64,000 bases of DNA from the NCBI GenBank assembly GCA_001783525.1, contig MFMS01000006.1, positions 21,074 through 85,073 on the forward strand, in the 5' to 3' direction. The position numbers and the translations under genes are program-made. Source of the stretch: Candidatus Kaiserbacteria bacterium RIFOXYB1_FULL_46_14. Its GTDB lineage: Bacteria; Patescibacteriota; Minisyncoccia; Phycocordibacterales; UBA918. The notes below the pieces were generated by a model. It was given only the letters and a program-made list of their open reading frames with translations. It was not told the origin of the DNA and ran no database searches. Within the stretch, counting starts at the first letter, position 1. Every line of letters begins with the position of its first letter. Positions 18,148 to 28,117 of the stretch are shown here, piece after piece.

Positions 18148-19737
18148 ATGTCTGTTTATAAATTTTATCCAAAAGTCCTGCTAGCAACTGTACTACTTTT
18201 TGTAGTCAGCATAAACGGGCTAGCTCATGCACAAATCACTACTGGTCTGACCGATGCCCTCACCAACACTGACCTTTCGAGCAATGATTCTAAAAAAGGC
18301 GACCCGGTACGCGTAGTAGAAGACATTTCTGAAACCTCTACCACCAACCTTATTCGCAACACACTCACTTCACAAAACACCACGGAGATTGCTAAAGGCA
18401 TTGCGGAATTGGTTGAAAAGGAAAAAACTCTAGACCCTTCCGCTTACGCGGCCGCCAAAGAATTGCAGCAGCAACTCAGCAGCGAATTTGTGAAATTTCT
18501 TGGTGGACAAGGGGAGGGGCAGGGTGGCAAAGTGCCGTTTGTGCAAAATTATGGTGCACGCGGCCAAGGAACTGCAGACAAAGTGGCCGGTGCTTATTTG
18601 TTCAATAACAAAGCTGGTGATTCAGGTGGACAATGCAACGTGGAATCATCACACAAAGTACGAACCGCTGTGTATAACTCTTACCTTAAAGCGCGCCAGG
18701 ATGCCGAGCAGGGAGGAGCGCTTGCTTGCCAAACCGAAGAATCTACAGAGCAAAATCAAAACCATACGAGCTTGCTACACAAACTGTTGGGCGACTTCGC
18801 CAACTGCCGTGATGAGCTTTGCCAAGTCTTCGACGGTCAGCGCGAACTATATTCAAGGGCGGTTGTAGCCCAAGCAGACGATCTAGAAGCAATACGAAAC
18901 GCCCAAGGGTTCATCCCCCAGAGAGTTTGTCGTGACGCTAATGATGCCAACGGCCAGTCTCGTCAAATTTGCGATATCGTGACCCCGCCTTCATTGATGG
19001 CTGACGCAGCATCGTTTAACCTAGTACAATTACCAGGTTTGAGCTTACTCAATGTCGACGAGTTTGACGAGGTCGTCTCCAATACAATGTCCAACCTGAC
19101 CAACCAAGTAGTAAACGGGCAAAATGGCGTACTTGGATTGTCTGGCAACTCAGACTACGCGCAAAATACTTTTGGAGAAAGCGGTAATCTTTCTTACGCT
19201 GACGCACTTGCTAAAGACGACATATCTAAGTATCAGAGTGGGGGTGGCGGAGGAAGTGGCGGAGAAAATAATCCAATAGCGAATAAGCTCAGAATAGAAA
19301 AAGAATTTAGCTCAATGATGGAACAAATAGTGAATGACGTCCAAGGTCTTGAGGAGAGGCTCGCCGCTAAGCGTACGGAATTCCGAAGATGTTTTGACCT
19401 AGAACTTCCCAATAGATTAGTTACTACAAAACGGGACGCCGCCATAAGTCTAGAGACATCAACAACGGTTATTGAAGTACTAACTAACCTAAATCAACAA
19501 TACAGCTCGGCTTCCAGTAGTGCCGATCGAAATGATGTCCTACGTGCTTTTATAGAGCTTAGGAATCAGGGAGCATTCCATACCAAGCAGGAAAACCAGG
19601 AACTTAAACTCACCTTCCTCAATCTGACCTTTAAGCAGTGGGTGGAGCGTTTCAAGTACGATACGGCTCTGGAAAGTAAAAGATGTGGCGGCCCATTTGA
19701 TTACGAAGGCGGAGGGGGCGGGGGCGGTAGTATTTAG
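18148..19737 (+). CDS. Hypothetical secreted Cys- and Gly-containing protein
   Basis: Signal-peptide-like N-terminus, Gly-rich C-terminus (GGGGGGGS). Its start overlaps the upstream stop, operon-style. Confidence 0.5.
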   Translation: MSVYKFYPKVLLATVLLFVVSINGLAHAQITTGLTDALTNTDLSSNDSKKGDPVRVVEDISETSTTNLIRNTLTSQNTTEIAKGIAELVEKEKTLDPSAYAAAKELQQQLSSEFVKFLGGQGEGQGGKVPFVQNYGARGQGTADKVAGAYLFNNKAGDSGGQCNVESSHKVRTAVYNSYLKARQDAEQGGALACQTEESTEQNQNHTSLLHKLLGDFANCRDELCQVFDGQRELYSRAVVAQADDLEAIRNAQGFIPQRVCRDANDANGQSRQICDIVTPPSLMADAASFNLVQLPGLSLLNVDEFDEVVSNTMSNLTNQVVNGQNGVLGLSGNSDYAQNTFGESGNLSYADALAKDDISKYQSGGGGGSGGENNPIANKLRIEKEFSSMMEQIVNDVQGLEERLAAKRTEFRRCFDLELPNRLVTTKRDAAISLETSTTVIEVLTNLNQQYSSASSSADRNDVLRAFIELRNQGAFHTKQENQELKLTFLNLTFKQWVERFKYDTALESKRCGGPFDYEGGGGGGGSI

Positions 19738-19749
19738 GTCCAGATAATT

Positions 19750-22008
19750 ATGATGCGGTTTTTACAAACACTCCTGCTTACTTTCTCACTAGTAGTCTTT
19801 ACGGCGGGCACCTTTATCGTACTTGCACCACAAGCAAGCGCCGCCGCACCTATTCCGCTTCCACAACAAAGTGACCAACAGCTGGATGAACCCGGCACGC
19901 GTATAAATACTCCGGAGAAATTACAGTTCAGTACCATATCTGGATGGGTATATAACACCCTTAAGGGAATTGGCGGTCTATTTGCCTATCTTGGAGGCAG
20001 TCTGTTTGATTACAGTCTTTCCTTGTTTGTAATGGACATGCGCGGAACCTCTGACGACTGGGGAATCACGACTGTGATCGACGAGATCTGGAAACTGGTC
20101 AGAGATATATTCAACCTATTGTTTATTTTTGGACTTATCCTGGCTGGTTTCAAACTCATCTTAGGAACTGACGAAAACGGTGCCAAACGTACGCTTGGCA
20201 CCATTATCATTGCTGCACTCTTAATCAACTTCAGTCTTTACGCTACCAAAGTGGTGGTGGACTTCGGCAACATTATGGCATCGGAAATGGCCACCTTGCT
20301 TAAAACCGAATCATCTGAGAATCCCACTAATACAAACAATGAGACCGGGGGATTAAAGGTGACTAACATTTCTGATAGTTTTGTAAAAAAAATAAACCCT
20401 CAACAAATCGTAGATAACTCATTCACATTAGAAAGAAGCGCCATTGAGGGTAATGTTATTGCGCTCAAAAGTGCCAAGGGAGAGTTAGACATAATGGACG
20501 CCCTAATAATGGGTTTAACATCTGCCTTTACCTTGACTCTGATCGGTTTCGTTTTTGCGGCTGGAGCATTCTTGATGTTTACGCGTTTTATGTACCTGCT
20601 TTTCCTGATGATGTTTTCACCAATAATGTTCCTGGGTTTTGTTCTACCTAATTTTAAGAAGAGAAGTAGTGACTGGTGGAACAAACTTTTTACGCAGACA
20701 CTGCTTGGTCCTGCCTACTTGTTTATGTTGTACATAGCTCTGAAAGCACTCGAGAATATGGAGGACATTCAGTCAGACAGTACCCTGATCAGCTACGTAC
20801 TGCTATGTATCGTAGTATGCGGCTTTGCTTGGGCCGCGCTTCTTGCGGCGCAATCAATGGGTGCCATGGGTGCCGATACAGCTGTCAAACTTGGGACAAG
20901 TTGGGGTAAGACAGTCAGAGGAGGGGTGACAGGGTTTGCCGGTAGAAAGCTCATCGGACAAGCGGCTGATAGTTGGAATCAAGGAATGGAAAAACGTGGT
21001 GTCTCTGAACAAAATGTCTTTAGACGATTTAGTTCAAACCTTGCTGGAGCAAAGTTTGGTGGTTCTGCTTCGAGTACACAGATACGAACCGCTGGGGAAA
21101 AAGCGGATCAGAAAAAGGCTCGTTATGAACAACTTTACGGAAAGCAGGTCAAGGGCGCAGCGCCAGGTACATTTAGAGGTGGGGTGATACAAGCTATTTC
21201 GGCAGGAACTACTGGCAGTCCGACTGATGATCAGAAGATTGCCATGGAGCGTTCTATCTCTGGATTAAACAATGAACAGCTTATAGAAATGCTCGGGGAA
21301 CACAAAACTGGTACCACTGAGTATGCTGCGATCGTTAAAAATATGTCTGATTCACAATACGAGACTGCCATGAAGGCCAAGCCGGAAGAGTTAGACGACA
21401 ATCTTAAGGACCAACTCACCAAAGACAAGCAAGCCGCAATCAAACAAAGTGGTTTCGAAGCGGAAATGAAAAAAGACGAAGACGCTAGGGCGGAGGCCTT
21501 TAGAAGCGGTGCTACTCCAGAACCATCCAGAAGCGATGAGAAGAAAATTGCCGACGCGTTCAAAGGTTACTCTGATGCCAAACTAAAAATACTAGGCGCT
21601 GACGAAATCGTTACACATGCCATAGATCTCAAACAATCGCAGTTTGACGATATAATGAAAAATAAAGACTACACAGATACCGAGAGAGGCCGTATCAAAA
21701 CAGCTCGCGAGGATGGCTTGTGGAATCTGTTTAATAAGGACGCGACCAGTAGAAGCGGTCTGTTTAAAAGCTTGCAGGACAAAGACATCGCAAACCTACC
21801 CAAGAAAATCATTACTGATGACCGCGCAGCTTTATACTTGACCGGTGGAGCCTTGAAAAAAATTGCCGACGACGAGAAGCTAAATGAAGGTGATAGAGAG
21901 AAGGTTAAAATTGAAATCAAGAAGAATGAACTTAGCGGTAGTAAACCTACGGCGGTAAAATACTTAAAATCCCCACAAGGTCAAGAACGATATGGAATCT
22001 GGAAATAA
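19750..22008 (+). CDS. Large polytopic membrane protein, possible VirB6/TrbL-like T4SS channel component
   Basis: Signal peptide, at least six hydrophobic helices, Lys/Glu-rich coiled-coil C-terminal half. Function assigned by context only. Confidence 0.35.
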   Translation: MMRFLQTLLLTFSLVVFTAGTFIVLAPQASAAAPIPLPQQSDQQLDEPGTRINTPEKLQFSTISGWVYNTLKGIGGLFAYLGGSLFDYSLSLFVMDMRGTSDDWGITTVIDEIWKLVRDIFNLLFIFGLILAGFKLILGTDENGAKRTLGTIIIAALLINFSLYATKVVVDFGNIMASEMATLLKTESSENPTNTNNETGGLKVTNISDSFVKKINPQQIVDNSFTLERSAIEGNVIALKSAKGELDIMDALIMGLTSAFTLTLIGFVFAAGAFLMFTRFMYLLFLMMFSPIMFLGFVLPNFKKRSSDWWNKLFTQTLLGPAYLFMLYIALKALENMEDIQSDSTLISYVLLCIVVCGFAWAALLAAQSMGAMGADTAVKLGTSWGKTVRGGVTGFAGRKLIGQAADSWNQGMEKRGVSEQNVFRRFSSNLAGAKFGGSASSTQIRTAGEKADQKKARYEQLYGKQVKGAAPGTFRGGVIQAISAGTTGSPTDDQKIAMERSISGLNNEQLIEMLGEHKTGTTEYAAIVKNMSDSQYETAMKAKPEELDDNLKDQLTKDKQAAIKQSGFEAEMKKDEDARAEAFRSGATPEPSRSDEKKIADAFKGYSDAKLKILGADEIVTHAIDLKQSQFDDIMKNKDYTDTERGRIKTAREDGLWNLFNKDATSRSGLFKSLQDKDIANLPKKIITDDRAALYLTGGALKKIADDEKLNEGDREKVKIEIKKNELSGSKPTAVKYLKSPQGQERYGIWK

Positions 22009-22588
22009 CAGACACGAGCTGTATAAAGCAGCCCCGGACAATATCAAAGATTTATACTCTGGTGAAGACACAGGGGAGCTTTTGTGGAACATAGCAATAA
22101 GTATAGGCATAAACGGGGGTGATTCATATAGGAAATTTGCACTAGCAGTTGGAGACATCATATTGGGTCTCTACAAAAAAGATTCTCTGGCACAGATCTT
22201 AAAAGACCGATTGCAATTAAATGTAGTGCAGATAAACGAGGTGATAACTAGACTTAAACCTCTATTAGAGCGCATACCAGAACTGCCTAATAGCCCCTCT
22301 GGGCCAGTTATATTTACCCCCGTAACATCCGGCCCTTTGCCCGTCGAGACTCCAGATTCTATCGAAGCCAAGCCGATCAACACAAATACCGAACCAGAAT
22401 CTGCGACCAATCAGCAAATAGCCCAGGTATCGAATGAACCAACCGTCAAACCACTACGCACATTTGCCGATGATGTCGGACTGAGTAGGGCACACGGCTA
22501 TGGAGCGTTTCGAAGTGCGGAAGTGAGCGGCGAGAGAGAAGACAAAGTAGTACATAAATCATCTCAGGATGACCTTGTTAAAAAGTAG
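21992..22588 (+). CDS. Hypothetical protein
   Basis: Overlaps the upstream gene by 17 nt. A remnant copy of its C-terminus lies at 23197-23300. Confidence 0.45.
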   Translation: MESGNNRHELYKAAPDNIKDLYSGEDTGELLWNIAISIGINGGDSYRKFALAVGDIILGLYKKDSLAQILKDRLQLNVVQINEVITRLKPLLERIPELPNSPSGPVIFTPVTSGPLPVETPDSIEAKPINTNTEPESATNQQIAQVSNEPTVKPLRTFADDVGLSRAHGYGAFRSAEVSGEREDKVVHKSSQDDLVKK

Positions 22589-22649
22589 TAGGTCTGTAAT
22601 GTAGAAAAAGACCTACTCGGATATATCCCGAATAGGTCTTGGCGGTTAG

Positions 22650-23108
22650 TTACTCATTCTCGCGCCTCTTCACTTCCCTAAGTGCCAGCACAGCAATCGA
22701 TTGAGTCTCCGTAGTTTCTGCTATCTCCCTAAGTGAAGCAGTTGGTACATAGGGAAACTTCATCAATTCATCGAATGCTAGGATCCTAACCTTCTCAGTT
22801 ACACAGTGCCAGTAGACATTGTGAAGCTCATGCCAATGTTTAACCGTGGGATCTTTCATCCATGCATGGAATGCCATCTCAGCAACCTTGGCTGACATGG
22901 ACTTCATAGCGATAGATAAAAGTTCACTACGTACTTTATCAGCTCCAAACTTCATCAATTCCTTAAATGCCGGTTCGGCGATCTCAGTCTTTCCACTGTG
23001 TGCTTGCGAAAAAAGAGTCCTTATTTGATCGTCGTTCATTTCTCTTCTCCTTTTCTTCTGGACCATTCCAGCTAAAACTAAGCTGGCACAGAAAATGGAT
23101 AAAGTCAA
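22650..23108 (-). CDS. Hypothetical protein (opposite strand, inserted inside the secretion-like locus)
   Basis: 152-aa ORF; the real start may be the internal Met (MNDDQIRTLF). No recognisable domain. Confidence 0.4.
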   Translation of the reverse strand: MTLSIFCASLVLAGMVQKKRRREMNDDQIRTLFSQAHSGKTEIAEPAFKELMKFGADKVRSELLSIAMKSMSAKVAEMAFHAWMKDPTVKHWHELHNVYWHCVTEKVRILAFDELMKFPYVPTASLREIAETTETQSIAVLALREVKRRENE

Positions 23109-23196
23109 ATTTTGCCGCTGCTCAAGCTTATCTTAAAGTATAAACGCGCTATGCAAGTCTTTTTAAGTTACTATTGAATCGCAAGAATTTAGTCGA

Positions 23197-23300
23197 GAGC
23201 ATGGTCATGGTACGTTCCAAAGCGAGGAAGTGAGCGATGAGAAAGAGGACAACACCCAATTCATCGCTCTAGTCAGGATGATATAATTGGGAAGTAAAAA
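23197..23300 (+). pseudogene. Remnant paralogous copy of the 3' end of gene 21992-22588
   Basis: ~100 bp alignable to 22490-22588. Translates in frame to GHGTFQSEEVSDEKEDN... versus GYGAFRSAEVSGEREDKVV.... Confidence 0.55.
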
Positions 23301-23390
23301 GTTAAAAAAACAAAGCGAAAAGTAGCTGTGCGGCGGCTTTGCCGCCGCACGGACTTGCAACTTTGAACTTTATGCTTTCAACTTAACTTT

Positions 23391-23801
23391 ATGAGATTTG
23401 AAGTACCACAATTCATTGAGATTGAAGATAAAATCTTTGGTCCTTTGACTTGGAAACAATTCATCTATGTTGCCGGCGGCAGTGGACTGGCGGTAGTGTT
23501 GTTTTTCTTCACACCATTCTTGGTGTTTATACTTTTTGGAATTCCAGTTGCCGCGCTAACATTCCTGCTTAGTTTCTACCCGGTCAATAATCGCCCTTTT
23601 TCAATCTTTATGGAGTCGGCTATTCGCTACTTTCAGGGAGCCAAGCTCTACTTATGGAGAAAACGTGGCACCGGTGTCTATCGCGGGGCAGCGGCTGATG
23701 AGGCAGGCACCCCTGCATATATGCCACCCTCTCCCACAGGAAACATAGCCTCAATCTCAAGGCGACTCGAACTTAAGGCCATTCAAAAAGACATCCACTA
23801 A
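23391..23801 (+). CDS. PrgI-like small membrane protein (T4SS-associated)
   Basis: MRFEVPQFIEIEDKIFGPLTWKQF followed by two TM helices, immediately upstream of VirB4. Confidence 0.4.
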   Translation: MRFEVPQFIEIEDKIFGPLTWKQFIYVAGGSGLAVVLFFFTPFLVFILFGIPVAALTFLLSFYPVNNRPFSIFMESAIRYFQGAKLYLWRKRGTGVYRGAAADEAGTPAYMPPSPTGNIASISRRLELKAIQKDIH

Positions 23802-23832
23802 GCACCTTGCGCGGGATGTTATTATTATCAGG

Positions 23833-24471
23833 ATGCCGGAGAAAAATAACACTACGCAAAATTTTGTGCCTCTGCGCGACATCAAAGATAATGTCGTGAT
23901 TTTAAAAAATGGCCAAATGAACATGGTGCTTCTAGCTTCGTCGATTAACTTTGCCTTGAAGTCGGTTGACGAGCAGGAGGCGATTTTGCGACAGTTTCAA
24001 GCCTTTTTAAACACGATTGATTTTTCTCTGCAATTTTATATTCAATCACGCCGCCTCGATATACAGCCGTATCTCGACACTTTGGCCGCTCGTGAGAGCA
24101 AGCAAGACAACGACCTAATGCGTATCCAGCTGCGTGAATATATGCAGTTTGTGAAAACCTTCACGACTGAAGTCGATGTCATGAGTAAGAGTTTTTTTAT
24201 TGTTATTCCTTACACACCAGTAACCGCCAACATCCAATCTAGTATAGGTAGTTTCAAAGAGCTGCTTGGCGGGCAAAAGAATGTATATTTTGATGACAAG
24301 AATTTTGCTGAACATAAGTTACAGCTTCAGCAGAGAACCGCATTGGTAGAACAAGGCCTATCGGCAATTGGCGTACGAACAATCTTGCTTCAAAGCGAAG
24401 AGCTAGTTGAACTGTATTATCATATCTTTAACCCAAGCGAGGCAGGAAACTTAGCACCGTCCAACAAATAG
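23833..24471 (+). CDS. virB4: VirB4/TraC-family conjugative ATPase, N-terminal fragment (split gene)
   Basis: FVPLRDIKDNVVILKNGQMNMVLLASSINFALKSVDEQEAILRQFQAFLNTIDFSLQFYIQSRR matches the VirB4 N-terminal domain. Stops at 24471, with the next ORF in a different frame. Confidence 0.6.
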   Translation: MPEKNNTTQNFVPLRDIKDNVVILKNGQMNMVLLASSINFALKSVDEQEAILRQFQAFLNTIDFSLQFYIQSRRLDIQPYLDTLAARESKQDNDLMRIQLREYMQFVKTFTTEVDVMSKSFFIVIPYTPVTANIQSSIGSFKELLGGQKNVYFDDKNFAEHKLQLQQRTALVEQGLSAIGVRTILLQSEELVELYYHIFNPSEAGNLAPSNK

Positions 24472-24475
24472 CAAT

Positions 24476-26275
24476 ATGGGAATTTTTGACTTAATCAAAC
24501 AGAAAAGTGGTATTGGTGAAAAGGTGATAGACACCGAGAGCGCTTTGATGACACTTGAAGATGTGGTGGCACCTTCAGCTATTAAGGTTCAGCCCCGAAG
24601 TATCAATGTTAGTGGGCAAAACGCCCGTGTATTTTTTACCGTCTCTTATCCTCGTTACTTAAACGACGGCTGGCTCGAACCAATCCTAAACATTGAGCGC
24701 GAGATGGATGTTTCAATAATGATCCACCCAATCGATACCGCAGAAACCTTGAAGAAATTTCAAAAAAAGGTAGCCGAGGTGCAGAGTCAGATAAACATGA
24801 ACGAGGAAAAGGGCATGGTGCGTGACCCTCAACTCGAGGCTGCCTACCGAAACCTTGAAGATTTGCGTGACAAGCTGCAACAGGCCGAGGAGAAATTGTT
24901 TGATGTTGGTCTTTACGTGGCTGTTTATGGCGCAAGTGAAGAAATTCTTAATGAGACCGAATCAGAGATAAAGGGTATTCTTGATTCCCGCCTGGTCTAT
25001 CTAAAGCCAGCACTCTTTCAGCAGGAGCAGGGCTTCCGCAGTGTTATACCGACTGGATCTGATGAGCTAATGGTGCACAGCAAGTTCAACTCGAGCCCAC
25101 TTTCTAGCTTTTTTCCATTTACTTCATTCGACCTCACTAGTGACACCGGGATTCTTTACGGCATCAATCGCCACAATTCTTCTCTAGTACTCTTCGACCG
25201 TTTTGCTTTGACCAACTACAACTCTGTCACCTTTGCTACCTCCGGTGCCGGCAAATCGTACACTACAAAGCTTGAGATTCTACGCTCTTTGATGTTTGGG
25301 ACTGAAGTGATAGTGATCGACCCCGAGAGGGAATACGAGCACTTGGCCGAAGCGACCGGCGGGCGCTTCTTCAACATTTCTCTTTCTAGTAGCCACCACA
25401 TCAACCCTTTTGACTTGCCTGATCCACAAGAAGACGAAGCGCCAGAAGACGTTTTACGCTCACACATCATTGAACTAATTGGTTTGTTTAGGTTGATGCT
25501 TGGTGGTCTTTCACCGGAAGAAGAAACAATTATTGATCAGGCTCTGCATGAAGTTTATGCCCTTAAGGACATCAATGGCGACGTCAGTTGGCAAGGTTTG
25601 GAGCCGCCACTCCTTTCTGACTTTGAAATGGTATTGGCAGGAATGGAAGGTAGCGATTCACTCATCGCCCGTCTCCAAAAGTACACGGCTGGCACTTGGT
25701 CGGGCTTTATGAACAAGCCTACCAACGTTGATATCCACCAGAAATTTATCGTTTTCAGCTTGCGAGACATGGAGGATGAGCTGAAGACAATTGCGATGTA
25801 TATCATCACAAACCACATCTGGAATATGATTAGACGCCGCCTCCAGAAGCGCCTTCTCGTGATCGACGAGGCTTGGTGGATGATGAAGAGCGAAGATACG
25901 GCATCGTTCCTTTTCTCACTCGCCAAGCGCGGCCGTAAATACTATCTAGGCATAGCTACCATTACTCAAGACGTTGACGACTTCCTTCGCTCTCCGTACG
26001 GCGTGCCAATGATTACCAATTCTTCATTGCAATTTTTGATGAAGCAATCAGCTACCTCGATTGATCTGGTGCAACGCACCTTTAACCTAACGGACGAGGA
26101 AAAACTTCTACTTCTAGAGAGCAACGTGGGGGAGGGCATATTTTTCGTTGGACTTAAACACGTCGCCATCAAGGTGATTGCGAGTTACACAGAGGACCAG
26201 ATTATTACCTCTGATCCTTCACAAATTCTCCAGATCAAGCAGGCCCGAGAGGAGCTTCAAGCGGCTCAAAAATAA
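24476..26275 (+). CDS. virB4: VirB4/TraC-family conjugative ATPase, central and C-terminal part with Walker A/B
   Basis: Walker A ATSGAGKS, Walker B LLVIDEAWWMM. Begins 4 nt after the upstream stop, frame 2 versus frame 1, no SD. Confidence 0.8.
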   Translation: MGIFDLIKQKSGIGEKVIDTESALMTLEDVVAPSAIKVQPRSINVSGQNARVFFTVSYPRYLNDGWLEPILNIEREMDVSIMIHPIDTAETLKKFQKKVAEVQSQINMNEEKGMVRDPQLEAAYRNLEDLRDKLQQAEEKLFDVGLYVAVYGASEEILNETESEIKGILDSRLVYLKPALFQQEQGFRSVIPTGSDELMVHSKFNSSPLSSFFPFTSFDLTSDTGILYGINRHNSSLVLFDRFALTNYNSVTFATSGAGKSYTTKLEILRSLMFGTEVIVIDPEREYEHLAEATGGRFFNISLSSSHHINPFDLPDPQEDEAPEDVLRSHIIELIGLFRLMLGGLSPEEETIIDQALHEVYALKDINGDVSWQGLEPPLLSDFEMVLAGMEGSDSLIARLQKYTAGTWSGFMNKPTNVDIHQKFIVFSLRDMEDELKTIAMYIITNHIWNMIRRRLQKRLLVIDEAWWMMKSEDTASFLFSLAKRGRKYYLGIATITQDVDDFLRSPYGVPMITNSSLQFLMKQSATSIDLVQRTFNLTDEEKLLLLESNVGEGIFFVGLKHVAIKVIASYTEDQIITSDPSQILQIKQAREELQAAQK

Positions 26276-26278
26276 CCT

Positions 26279-26731
26279 ATGGAGGTAAACGTCCAAAATT
26301 TGAAACGAACGGCAATAGTCTGGCAAACTTTTTTGCGTACATTGATGGTAACTTCGGTGTTTTATCTAGCCTTTCAACTCTACTTCGGCATAGCTTGCCT
26401 AACAGGAGCGGCCATACTTTTTGGCATAGATAGTTCTTTCGTACTTACCGGGGCAGACAAGCTTACTTTCGGTACAGCAAGCTCGGCCAGTGGCGTTTTA
26501 TTCATAATAGGTATGGTCGGTGCAATGTTGTGCGGCCTAATCACTTTTGTTGTCTCAGCGGCAATATTTGCGACCAGTAAATGTCGCATTCTCCATGGTT
26601 TTAGCCTGCTCATCCTCGCCGTATGCACCGTTACGTTGCTTATGCCAATTCTTAATTTATTTCCCATAATGTGGTTTTGGAATTGGTACATTGGTTGGTC
26701 AAATTTGAAAATTGCCCAGAGAGGAGCGTGA
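26279..26731 (+). CDS. Small polytopic membrane protein (4 TM)
   Basis: Hydropathy only. Confidence 0.45.
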   Translation: MEVNVQNLKRTAIVWQTFLRTLMVTSVFYLAFQLYFGIACLTGAAILFGIDSSFVLTGADKLTFGTASSASGVLFIIGMVGAMLCGLITFVVSAAIFATSKCRILHGFSLLILAVCTVTLLMPILNLFPIMWFWNWYIGWSNLKIAQRGA

Positions 26732-26743
26732 TATTATATTTGA

Positions 26744-27484
26744 ATGAGACCATTGCTAGCATTGCTACTCATGGCCAGTCTTAGCTGGCCACTTTCCACA
26801 AACGCCTTTACTTCTGGTTTGTTTCAGCTACTCAAAGTTGGTGGTGAAAGCAAAACAAGTGAGCAGACCACCACCACACCCGCCAACATGCGCATGGACT
26901 TGGTAGTAGAAGCAGAGACTTACACACCACATTTTTATCGTGGCCGAGCTGAGCCAGTAGCTGGCGCAATAATGCGCCTAGTAGCTTTACCAGAAGATAC
27001 AACTGCGGTGGTTAAGTATCGTTGGCAGGTCGGAGGAAAAACGATAAGCGAAGATAGTCAAACAATAAGAGTAACCGCCCCTAGCGGAGTCAACGAAGTG
27101 GTGGTGGATGTTTCCGCTTTGGACAAAAATGGCAACGTTGCAGGTCGCACTACCAACTACGTACCGTTATCTACTCCTTCATTGTCTTTTTATGAAGTGA
27201 ATCCTCTGCGTGGAGTTTCAGCAATAGCAATAACTAGCAATCTAACCCTAATCGGTGATGAGGTCACGGTGCACAGTGAGCCATATTTTATAAACTCTCT
27301 CTCATTAACTAACGTAATCGGTGAATGGAACACCGGCCAGTTAAACAATGTTCCTAACGACGACTGGAGTACTATGACGATTCTTCGTACCAACGACGTG
27401 TCCAGTACAAGAGTGACCCTGCAGGGTAGCAACCCCAGCACCCTTACCGAGACATTTGGCGGGAGCTTTATATTAGAAATATGA
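26744..27484 (+). CDS. Hypothetical secreted protein
   Basis: Signal peptide MRPLLALLLMASLSWPLSTNA. Confidence 0.5.
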   Translation: MRPLLALLLMASLSWPLSTNAFTSGLFQLLKVGGESKTSEQTTTTPANMRMDLVVEAETYTPHFYRGRAEPVAGAIMRLVALPEDTTAVVKYRWQVGGKTISEDSQTIRVTAPSGVNEVVVDVSALDKNGNVAGRTTNYVPLSTPSLSFYEVNPLRGVSAIAITSNLTLIGDEVTVHSEPYFINSLSLTNVIGEWNTGQLNNVPNDDWSTMTILRTNDVSSTRVTLQGSNPSTLTETFGGSFILEI

Positions 27485-28113
27485 AACGATACATTCTATT
27501 AATAGCCGTAGCGATGATCTTACCAGTTGTTGTCTTTGGTGCGGAAGGGACAACTGTAAATACTTTTATAGACAATATACCGTTCTTGAGTGGAGAAAAA
27601 ACTACCCAAGCCTTTGTGGACGCGATGTACAAACTAGCCATTGCTCTAGCTTCTATCATCGTGGTGATTCGTCTGATGATGGCTGGCGCTAAGTATATGT
27701 TGTCTGACGTTGTGTCTAGTAAAAGTAAGGCTAAGGAGGATATAAAGAACGCACTTTTTGGACTTTTGATTATTCTTGGAGCAGTGCTGTTACTCGGCAC
27801 CATTAACCCAAAATTAGTCGGGTTAAACTTTTTAAACGACGCGTCTAAACTAGACATAAAAAATCAAGACACCGACGTAATAGATAAGATTAAACTCAAG
27901 CCAGGAGACTCCATTACAGGAGCGAGACTCGCCGCCACATGCAACACTGGTCTTGTTTCAACACAAGACCAGTGTGTAAAAGACAACCTGGAACAGGTAT
28001 TGCGCAGCTGTAAAAATAATGGTGGCAGTAGGCTCAATAAGTATGTCACGCCCGGTATTAGCTATGAATCCGGTGCTATTGGTTACTCCTACTATTCATA
28101 TGCCTGCGAATAA
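27481..28113 (+). CDS. Pilin-like membrane protein (possible TrbC/VirB2-like)
   Basis: Signal peptide plus two hydrophobic helices (AIALASIIVVIRLMMAG, LFGLLIILGAVLLLGTI), with a C-terminal Cys-containing extension. Confidence 0.3.
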   Translation: MKRYILLIAVAMILPVVVFGAEGTTVNTFIDNIPFLSGEKTTQAFVDAMYKLAIALASIIVVIRLMMAGAKYMLSDVVSSKSKAKEDIKNALFGLLIILGAVLLLGTINPKLVGLNFLNDASKLDIKNQDTDVIDKIKLKPGDSITGARLAATCNTGLVSTQDQCVKDNLEQVLRSCKNNGGSRLNKYVTPGISYESGAIGYSYYSYACE

Positions 28114-28117
28114 CACT

